IMG/VR virus record: IMGVR_UViG_3300009130_001466
Location: 1-64,000 of that record
Reading direction: 5' to 3' (one strand)
Length of the DNA stretch: 64,000 nt
Source: a virus
Under the pieces are notes generated by a model. The model was not told the DNA's origin. It saw nothing but the letters and a program-made list of their open reading frames with translations, and made no database searches. Positions 10,573 to 17,944 of the stretch are shown here, one piece after another. The translations under genes were made by a program, and so were the position numbers. How positions within the stretch are numbered: position 1 is the first letter of the stretch; each line of letters starts with the position of its first letter.

Positions 10573-11330
10573 TACATTAGCTTGAGTAGCTTCCGACATT
10601 CTTTTGCTGGAATATCTTTGTAGTTTTTCCAGGTCTTAATGACCTCTGGGTCATTTTCATATTTATTATCCACGTAAAGCTTTCGTAGCTTAGTTAGAAA
10701 TGAATTGAAGTCTGTACCCGCCTTTTCTTTTAGAATCCCTTGTGGGCTAATATCCTTAGCTCCAGAGGACGATGGAGGAGCTACAATGGGAGACTTATTC
10801 TTGGACGAGTCAATCTCGTCAGCCCCCACAATATGAATACCCAGAAAGTTACGCACAGCGCGAACAAAAGCACGATTTTCTGCGATACATTCTAAGAACT
10901 TCGCAGCAAAACCATTTGTATTGTGAAGTGTTGCATTAGCAATGGAGGAGAACTTCGCACCATGATCACTGCAAAGGTGTGTTGGATTTTCATAATTGCA
11001 AATAAAAGTGATAACGCACTTGACGACAGATCTCTCTTCAGAAGACTCAACGATGTCGTAATTAACAGTGTCGATACCTCTAAGCTTCGCAAGCTCCTTA
11101 ATCCCAGCAAGCTTAATTAGAAGCTGGTTGTCTTCCAATCCTTCGATAGAATCTGGAACTGGCATCTTGCGCATTTCAAAGTGATCTTTGTTTGGGTATA
11201 GATGTTCTGGGCTAATCATAGCTCGCCAATTGACGGAGCCATCCTCGTTAAATACATATGCAACAGACTCAAGGAGTCCATGTTCGTCGCGCTTCCAGAT
11301 ATCTGGGCCAAATAATTTATTTTTCTTCAT
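10572..11330 (-). CDS. Putative Rad52/Sak-like ssDNA annealing protein
   Basis: IKLAGIKELAKLRG and AENRAFVRAVRNFLGI..GADEI resemble Rad52-fold annealing proteins. Confidence 0.5.
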   Translation of the reverse strand: MKKNKLFGPDIWKRDEHGLLESVAYVFNEDGSVNWRAMISPEHLYPNKDHFEMRKMPVPDSIEGLEDNQLLIKLAGIKELAKLRGIDTVNYDIVESSEERSVVKCVITFICNYENPTHLCSDHGAKFSSIANATLHNTNGFAAKFLECIAENRAFVRAVRNFLGIHIVGADEIDSSKNKSPIVAPPSSSGAKDISPQGILKEKAGTDFNSFLTKLRKLYVDNKYENDPEVIKTWKNYKDIPAKECRKLLKLM

Positions 11331-12438
11331 ATAGGTATAAACTTTCTAATTCTTTAGATGAAGCTTCATCATAGACGAAGCTGTTTGATTTGTCAAGTCT
11401 TTTTGCAGAAGATTCTGATTTAAAAACTTGACCATCGGATACGAATATTTTTTTGGAAATAAATTTTGCGGCTTTTATTTCTTGATGAGGGTTTTTATCT
11501 TCCAATACATTAAAATCAAAATACTTTAAACGTACCGAGGAAATCTTACTCTTATCTTTGACTCTGATTATGACTTGAATTTTTTTATTTTTTAAAGTTT
11601 TAAAAAATTCTGAAAGATCGGTTTCTTTAGGCTCGTCATATTCGTAAATGACTTGCTTAAGGTTAGGCATATATTGCAAGGCTTCGGTATTAAAAATTTC
11701 AGACAAATGTAAGCTCACTATGCACATTTGACTCCATTTACAAACATTCTCTAAATTAAAGAATAAATCTCCTCTTATGTTTACTGACTTGTTAACTAAT
11801 TCTTTTGAGTATGCAAAAAAGTTAGGTACGATCTCGATGGTCTCATTATTGAAATTTGATCCCACTCTAATTGTTTTGAATTTGATTTTTTGTTTAACGC
11901 CTATTTGATCTAAAATAGCTTGAGCGATTTGTTCTGGTTTGATTTCGTTAATTCTATTGCAATTGGAAGAAAAGGATGGTTTTGTTTTTGAAAAATCTGG
12001 CTCAATACTTATGCAAGAATTGTCCTTATGCCATATTGGTTTTGAATTTTCTTTATAAAGATTAAAGTGCAAAATGATTGAAGGTATATCGTAAACGCTA
12101 GCAATATGTGCGGGAAGGCTGTCGCAGCCACAATGAGCTTTAGCATTTTTAATCACATAATTCATTTGTTTATAAGAATTACCTAGAGTAGTTAAATCTA
12201 TTCCACTTATTCGATTATCATTTGGACCTCCGACTTGAACTATCTTTATATCACCAAGATGAGGTTTTATCAAACCGATTACTAGGTCCCAATACAAATA
12301 ATTTGCTGCTGGCATCTTGTTTGATGCTTGAATAGTTATATATTCATTAGGTAATCCTGGAAAAAAATGATCTGTTATTACAGGCTGGCCAATCTTGACC
12401 CCTAGATCTTTTGCGTAAACTTCAGCTATATGACTCAT
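11317..12438 (-). CDS. Glycosyltransferase, GT9 (heptosyltransferase)-like
   Basis: IVQVGGPND, IKNAKAHCGCDSLPAHIASVYDIPSIILH (DS..HIA motif of GT9). Confidence 0.75.
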   Translation of the reverse strand: MSHIAEVYAKDLGVKIGQPVITDHFFPGLPNEYITIQASNKMPAANYLYWDLVIGLIKPHLGDIKIVQVGGPNDNRISGIDLTTLGNSYKQMNYVIKNAKAHCGCDSLPAHIASVYDIPSIILHFNLYKENSKPIWHKDNSCISIEPDFSKTKPSFSSNCNRINEIKPEQIAQAILDQIGVKQKIKFKTIRVGSNFNNETIEIVPNFFAYSKELVNKSVNIRGDLFFNLENVCKWSQMCIVSLHLSEIFNTEALQYMPNLKQVIYEYDEPKETDLSEFFKTLKNKKIQVIIRVKDKSKISSVRLKYFDFNVLEDKNPHQEIKAAKFISKKIFVSDGQVFKSESSAKRLDKSNSFVYDEASSKELESLYLYEEK

Positions 12439-12832
12439 ATGATTTTACTTCTTTTATGTCTGAATTTGTTATTTGATTAATTTTGTTTTTGATATTAAAA
12501 CGTTCGTCGTTTGTGTAATAAACATCTCTTGCAAGTCGAATAAATACTGCACCAAAATCTTTGTTTCGTTCACATTCTCTGATTTGATCTTCAATCTTCC
12601 ATAACCCTAGATTGATTTGATACAGATCCGCTTTTAAAGCGCAAAGATCTGCTCTGGAAAAGTTAAAACCAAGCGCTGGATTAATCAAATCTGCAAATTT
12701 TTTATTTAATTCAACTCTTTCATTTTTAACTTCTTGTAGCTTCTCTACATCTTTAATCATTGACGATTTGATTTCAAGGATTGTTAGTTTATCAAGAAGC
12801 TCACCTACTGATATAGGGATATTAATTTTCAT
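12422..12832 (-). CDS. DUF6165-like helical protein associated with glycosyltransferases
   Basis: IPISVGELLDKLTILEIK...LWKIEDQIR...LARDVYYTNDERF.IK..IN. Confidence 0.8.
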   Translation of the reverse strand: MKINIPISVGELLDKLTILEIKSSMIKDVEKLQEVKNERVELNKKFADLINPALGFNFSRADLCALKADLYQINLGLWKIEDQIRECERNKDFGAVFIRLARDVYYTNDERFNIKNKINQITNSDIKEVKSYESYS

Positions 12833-14510
12833 ATAATTCGAACTGTGTTTTGTCTTGACCGTTATGGTGGTAATTATGGAAGCGCTGAGTCCCGTAGTGC
12901 GGCAAAAACGCTATATCAAAAAATCCTTTATGGCCTTGTTTGCCCTCTAGAAAATGCAAGTTATCAATTTCTTGGGAGTATGGCAGTATTTTGTAAACCG
13001 CTGGATGGTCTTCTATATAATCAAAGAATTGAGATTTGGTAAAAACATAAATGTCATGAGAGGGGTAAAGCTCTTTAAGGTTATGCATTAATGAATTAAC
13101 CCATAAAACATCTCCAGCGGATTCTGGCATAAGAACGGCAATTCGACTTCCTTCATCTAGTAGATCTTCTATATTTATTCCTTGTTTTTCTTCTTTCCCC
13201 CAATCAAAGTCATAATCAACGTCTGGCATTGCATCTAGAATCTTTTCGAGCTTCTTGCCTACGGCTTCTGTTGAGTAGTTATCTATAGTCCATTGTCGGC
13301 CTTTTTTACCCATCTGAATGCGTTTGTTTTCATCCATTTGCCAAACTTTTTTAAGCTGTTTTGCTATGCTTGATGGATAAGTAGAAGCTTTAATAAACTG
13401 GGTTCCTGGTTCTCTGTATTCCGACCAATCAAGGGCGAAACTCCCAGATTCGGTTGTGGAAGAATCCTCGCCGCATGAATAATTTGTTACAAGGGTAACA
13501 AGTTCAGTCATCTTCGCTTCAAAAATTGGAATTTCCATGCCGCCGCTTGTAAAAGGGTGGCAATAAACATCCATAAGATTATAAACCTCATTAAGCTGTT
13601 GTTCATTAACTCCTGCTTTTGTGTTTGTTGTATTGAGGGATTTTTCAGTCCCGCAAAAACGACATTTTTGTTCTTGGCCTGTAAACGGGCGAACTTCATA
13701 TTGGCCGCAAGCAGTGCAATAATAAGTGGTTAGAATGTCATCTTTATTTAATCCTTTTTCTTCAATAAGCCTTGGAATATCCCAACCCTCAGACCAATGG
13801 GTGTGTAAAAGCAGTTTTGCTTTAGGGCAATCTTTTTTAAATATTTTAAAACCTTCCATCAGATTTGGAACGCTTTTTCTTAATTGATTTCTAAATACAA
13901 AACCAATAATGAACTCATCTGAAAGGCCTAATTTTTTTCTAAGTCCTTCCCGTTCGGAATTTGAAAAACGGTAAAAATCACCTGTATCAACACTTCCATG
14001 GAGAGTGTCAACATGATCGTGGCCCATTTCTTTTAAATCTCTTTCTGCAAAAGACGCCCAGCTATAAAAGTTTTTTGTTTTAAGTGCAGCCTCTACGGCT
14101 TGTGGTAAAATTGGTTGACTATCTAATGTAGTCCAAATCATATGATTGATTTTATTCCACCACGGCTTTTCCCAATAGCCACCAAAGGCCCAAATATCTT
14201 CGCAGCCTATGTAGATATCTGGCTTATATTCTTTGATTGCTAAATCAATAGTTTCCGCTCCATATCCAGCAGCACGACCTCTTTGTGGGTCTTGGTTTAA
14301 TTGTCGAATAATTGATGGATCGTTTGGTAGGGAACCTTGAGCCCTCCAGGGTCTTAATTTTAATGACGCATCATTCCATTGCATTCCATTCGCGAATTCA
14401 ATAATTTCATACTTGCCAGTTTTATAAAGATGACGAAGAATGTTTTTTGCGTTTTTACCAAAGCCTGTAAAAGCTTTTGCAGAATTTGAATGAAAAAGAA
14501 TCCGCTTCAT
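12822..14510 (-). CDS. GT4 glycosyltransferase with inserted Zn ribbon and C-terminal GT9-like segment
   Basis: TGFG, FRNQLRKS, VYNLMDVYCHPFTSGGMEIPIFEA; CTACG...CRFCG insert; C-terminal MPESAGDVLWVNSL. Confidence 0.88.
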   Translation of the reverse strand: MKRILFHSNSAKAFTGFGKNAKNILRHLYKTGKYEIIEFANGMQWNDASLKLRPWRAQGSLPNDPSIIRQLNQDPQRGRAAGYGAETIDLAIKEYKPDIYIGCEDIWAFGGYWEKPWWNKINHMIWTTLDSQPILPQAVEAALKTKNFYSWASFAERDLKEMGHDHVDTLHGSVDTGDFYRFSNSEREGLRKKLGLSDEFIIGFVFRNQLRKSVPNLMEGFKIFKKDCPKAKLLLHTHWSEGWDIPRLIEEKGLNKDDILTTYYCTACGQYEVRPFTGQEQKCRFCGTEKSLNTTNTKAGVNEQQLNEVYNLMDVYCHPFTSGGMEIPIFEAKMTELVTLVTNYSCGEDSSTTESGSFALDWSEYREPGTQFIKASTYPSSIAKQLKKVWQMDENKRIQMGKKGRQWTIDNYSTEAVGKKLEKILDAMPDVDYDFDWGKEEKQGINIEDLLDEGSRIAVLMPESAGDVLWVNSLMHNLKELYPSHDIYVFTKSQFFDYIEDHPAVYKILPYSQEIDNLHFLEGKQGHKGFFDIAFLPHYGTQRFHNYHHNGQDKTQFELYEN

Positions 14511-14977
14511 TAGTAATTAAAATACTTAAATAAGAAAAGGTCAAACAATCCTTTGAGCGTTCTAGCTTCCGCCAATTCGACACCCATTCCAAATTTTAAA
14601 GTAGAATTTTTTACCACGCTAAAGGAAAAAGCTTTTTGTCCGTTTTTCTTTGTATACGGCTTAAAAGAAATTTGAGTTTTATCATCATTATAACTATGAA
14701 ATGCAGAAAATTCTGTATAGTTTTCAATTGCATTTAACATGCCTCCAACTTCATTTTCACCAAGCTTGAAGTAAATGTTTTTTTCTGGATCCTTGGCGTT
14801 TGCGCTAAACGAGCCAGTTTTCTTTTTGCTATCCCAAGTCGCTTGTTTAATTGACTGGACGAGCAAAGTTGGTTTAATTTTGTTTCCTTCTTTATCTGTT
14901 TCAACGATCTTGAAGGAAAACGCACAACCAGTATTGAAAGAATTTGGCTTGTAAATATCGTGTTGTTTATGACTCAT
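14510..14977 (-). CDS. Hypothetical protein, possibly Whirly/PC4-like ssDNA-binding fold
   Basis: IYKPN...AFSF...FKLGENEVGGML pattern; preceded by TATAAT-N5-ATG. Confidence 0.5.
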   Translation of the reverse strand: MSHKQHDIYKPNSFNTGCAFSFKIVETDKEGNKIKPTLLVQSIKQATWDSKKKTGSFSANAKDPEKNIYFKLGENEVGGMLNAIENYTEFSAFHSYNDDKTQISFKPYTKKNGQKAFSFSVVKNSTLKFGMGVELAEARTLKGLFDLFLFKYFNY

Positions 14978-15007
14978 GCGAGATTATAAACTATAAAATG
15001 CAATATT

Positions 15008-16165
15008 CTATGTATCTTCTCCCATTTCGGTAATAATTTTTAATTCTTCCATGTCATAAGTTTTAACTGATGGAACTGGGGTATAAAATAATTTATCGAA
15101 ACTCTTGACGTGTTCTGGGAAATACTTTTCAACTGTTGGTCTGAGATTGTTATAAAGATTTAAATAGTGAACTAAATTTTTGCATCTATAAAAAGCTCCA
15201 TACGCATGAAAATGAAAAAGTATCTTATGTAAAAGATCTTGAAAGAGCAAAAGCCTGTTTGTTTCTTTTTTTTCTTCATATTTCGCTAAAAAATCAGGCA
15301 ACGAAACTTCTTTAAGAAGATTTGAGCATTCGTAATACTTTTTAAGAAAATTTTGTACATCTTTTCGAGAAAAATATAATCCCAAATTATTAACAACCTT
15401 TAATAAGCTATAATACAAGTCAGATTGATGCGCCTTCTCAAAATTGATAAATTTAATGAATCCTGACTGATACAAAATATTACTTTTTTTTAAATCGGAA
15501 TGACATAAAACACAAATATCTTCAGAGTAATTTTGTTGGTAAATTTCTTTTAATTTCGAGAAAATGCAAGAAAGTTTTTCAAGGTTTAAATCAACAAGTT
15601 TTTCAAAAATAACAAGTTCTTGTGGTTCTCCTTCTTGAACTACATCAAGGATTGATTCATTTTGCATAAATTTTTCTTCAAAAGAGGGTAATTTTGAATT
15701 GTCGGATTCATGGACAAAATCTAGATTGCAAGCAAACGTACCGATATTAAAAATGAGATCATTGATTCCATAATGATCGAAGTTTTCCCCATTTTCCCAT
15801 GTTGTTAATAGAAATTCCAAATCATGATCGATATTTTTTGTATAATTAATGATTTTTGGTGAAATTAAATCACTGACAGAGGTTAAGCAAAAATTTTCTA
15901 TTTTTAACTTTTGGTTTTCTGGGTCTAGGCTAATTTTTAATAAATATTTTTTATCTTCAATTAAAAGCGAGTAGCTTTCATAAAAAAAATTTGAACTTAT
16001 TAATGCTATATCCGCTTCTTTAATTTCGTAATTTGGGAAAAGGTCTTTTAGATACCTTCTTATCAAACTTGTTTCAAATTCAGATATTTCAGAATCTCTT
16101 TCTTCTGTTTTGTTATCCAGAACAACAAAATTATTTAACCGAAACTCTTTTTCCTTTTCAACCAT
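15008..16165 (-). CDS. APH/choline-kinase-like phosphotransferase
   Basis: YLLKIS, HSDLKKSNI catalytic loop; IKFINFE at the usual DxE position. Confidence 0.8.
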   Translation of the reverse strand: MVEKEKEFRLNNFVVLDNKTEERDSEISEFETSLIRRYLKDLFPNYEIKEADIALISSNFFYESYSLLIEDKKYLLKISLDPENQKLKIENFCLTSVSDLISPKIINYTKNIDHDLEFLLTTWENGENFDHYGINDLIFNIGTFACNLDFVHESDNSKLPSFEEKFMQNESILDVVQEGEPQELVIFEKLVDLNLEKLSCIFSKLKEIYQQNYSEDICVLCHSDLKKSNILYQSGFIKFINFEKAHQSDLYYSLLKVVNNLGLYFSRKDVQNFLKKYYECSNLLKEVSLPDFLAKYEEKKETNRLLLFQDLLHKILFHFHAYGAFYRCKNLVHYLNLYNNLRPTVEKYFPEHVKSFDKLFYTPVPSVKTYDMEELKIITEMGEDT

Positions 16166-16173
16166 ATGTTATA

Positions 16174-16179
16174 TTACAC
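16174..16179 (-). promoter_or_regulatory. GTGTAA-N8-ATG motif
   Basis: tGTGTAAtataacatATG directly after the terminator U-tract. Confidence 0.65.
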
Positions 16180-16205
16180 AAAAAAGGCGGTATTTCTACC
16201 GCCTT
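16180..16205 (-). terminator. Intrinsic terminator
   Basis: Minus strand AAGGCGGTA-GAAA-TACCGCCTT followed by a U-tract. Confidence 0.9.
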
Positions 16206-16210
16206 AGATG

Positions 16211-16420
16211 TTAGATCTGAGTCTTGCCCATTGAGAGCGTTTGAAGACTCGTTTTGGCAAATTTTCGCATTACGCTCGCGTTTCGATCTCGAACTACCAC
16301 GTATTTAGGGGTCTCTCGCACGAATTGAGCGTTAAGTGTTTCGCCTTGCCGAGTAGTGAGGCCAAAAAAACGGCCCTTACTTGCGCTGATTGCTTTTACA
16401 ATACGGTTTGTCTTATTCAT
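16211..16420 (-). CDS. Small basic hypothetical protein
   Basis: 69 aa ORF between the Clp gene and the terminator. Confidence 0.75.
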   Translation of the reverse strand: MNKTNRIVKAISASKGRFFGLTTRQGETLNAQFVRETPKYVVVRDRNASVMRKFAKTSLQTLSMGKTQI

Positions 16421-16441
16421 TTTATTTATTTTATTTATTTG

Positions 16442-17944
16442 TTAAAATCCTATTCTACCAGAAGATGGTATATTTTTGTTTTCTTTAATGTTTTCTTTCG
16501 AGGTATTTAATTTATTTGCAAATATATCATATATAGTATCCATGTCAACATTAAAAACTTTATTTTCCAAACTTTCTCCCCATTTTTGTATAATCTTTGA
16601 ATACTTCTTGTGGAATTTTTCGTATTCGGGAGTTTTTTGGAACTCTTTGTCAGTTAGTTTGTCCTCCATATCTTTGGCTTTTTGTGGTCGTACTATATTT
16701 GTCTTTTTTGTTTTTGCCCCCGATTCGTCCAAGATGTCAAAAGCTTTGTCTGGAAATTTTTTATCATTTAAATAAATATCGCACAAGTCTACAATTTTTT
16801 TAATCAGGTCTTCTTTGTACTCTACTTGGTGAAATTTTTCATAAGATTTTTTTGCACTCTTAATTAATTCAAAAGTTTCTTCTTTAGTTGGCTCTGAAAC
16901 GTCTATTTTTTCAAATCTACGATTTAGTGCCGAATCTTTCTTAAAAAAACGATCATATTCATCTTTAGTCGTAGCTCCAATGCAGGATATGTTGCCCCTT
17001 GATAATGCTGGCTTCAAAATGTTAGCAAAATCTAAGCTACCTTCTGAGCTTCCAGCTCCAACTATAGTGTGAATTTCATCAATAAACAAAATATAATGAT
17101 CTTCTTTTGATAAGTGTTCTAAAATGTTTTTAAGTTTTTCTTCCATCTGTCCTCTGTAGATAGTGCCAGCTAAGACGGAAGTTAAATCTAGCGAAAGTAT
17201 ATTCTTGTGAAGCAGTAAGTCTGGACATTCTCTCTTGATGATTTTTTCCGCCATGCCTTCTACAATAGCTGTTTTACCAACACCAGCTTCTCCGACTAAA
17301 ATAACATTACTTTTATTTCTACGCAACAAAATTTCAAAAATTCTTTCTATTTCTTTGTCTCTGCCAAAAATTTCAAACTCTTCTTTTTGGGAAATTTTAT
17401 CATTTAAGTTTTCACACCAATTTTCCATTTGGTTAAGAGCCTCTTCTGGTTTTTTGTTTGCAGAATTTGAGCCTACAGAACATGGAACGTTCTGCCTTGG
17501 AATGCCATCTTTAATAATTTTGCTTAAATCCTTGATTAGCTTAGTTAGATCTATATCCAAACTAATTAAAAAGTCTACGATCTCCTCTCTGGTGCTGAGT
17601 ATAGAAAGAAATATGTGGTCAATACCAATATAATCATCTTTGAATTTTCTTGATTTTAAAGCAGCAAAATCTAAAATTTCTTTGATTTCTGGCGCAAAGA
17701 TTGATTTTTTTCTTTTGGGTTCTTTGTAATTTAATAAAGCGTACTCTATACTTTTGTTAATACCTTCTTTAATTAGATCGTTTGATATTAAAACATAATC
17801 AATATTACTGTGATCTAATTGCAATATACAAGTCATTAAGTGTAAGTCTATGACTTTGAGGTGGCCAAAGTCTTTAGCAATAGAGACTGAGTCGCTAATC
17901 GCTTTTTTGGCAGAAGGAGTTAGGTTATAACTGGAAAGATCCAT
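16442..17944 (-). CDS. ClpA/ClpC-like ATPase with N-domain and first AAA+ module only; C-terminal IGF
   Basis: Clp-N repeats (HL..., YIGIDHIFLSIL), GRDKEI, GEAGVGKT, LFIDEIH, DSALNRRF, PDKAFDILDE; ends SSGRIGF. Confidence 0.9.
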   Translation of the reverse strand: MDLSSYNLTPSAKKAISDSVSIAKDFGHLKVIDLHLMTCILQLDHSNIDYVLISNDLIKEGINKSIEYALLNYKEPKRKKSIFAPEIKEILDFAALKSRKFKDDYIGIDHIFLSILSTREEIVDFLISLDIDLTKLIKDLSKIIKDGIPRQNVPCSVGSNSANKKPEEALNQMENWCENLNDKISQKEEFEIFGRDKEIERIFEILLRRNKSNVILVGEAGVGKTAIVEGMAEKIIKRECPDLLLHKNILSLDLTSVLAGTIYRGQMEEKLKNILEHLSKEDHYILFIDEIHTIVGAGSSEGSLDFANILKPALSRGNISCIGATTKDEYDRFFKKDSALNRRFEKIDVSEPTKEETFELIKSAKKSYEKFHQVEYKEDLIKKIVDLCDIYLNDKKFPDKAFDILDESGAKTKKTNIVRPQKAKDMEDKLTDKEFQKTPEYEKFHKKYSKIIQKWGESLENKVFNVDMDTIYDIFANKLNTSKENIKENKNIPSSGRIGF

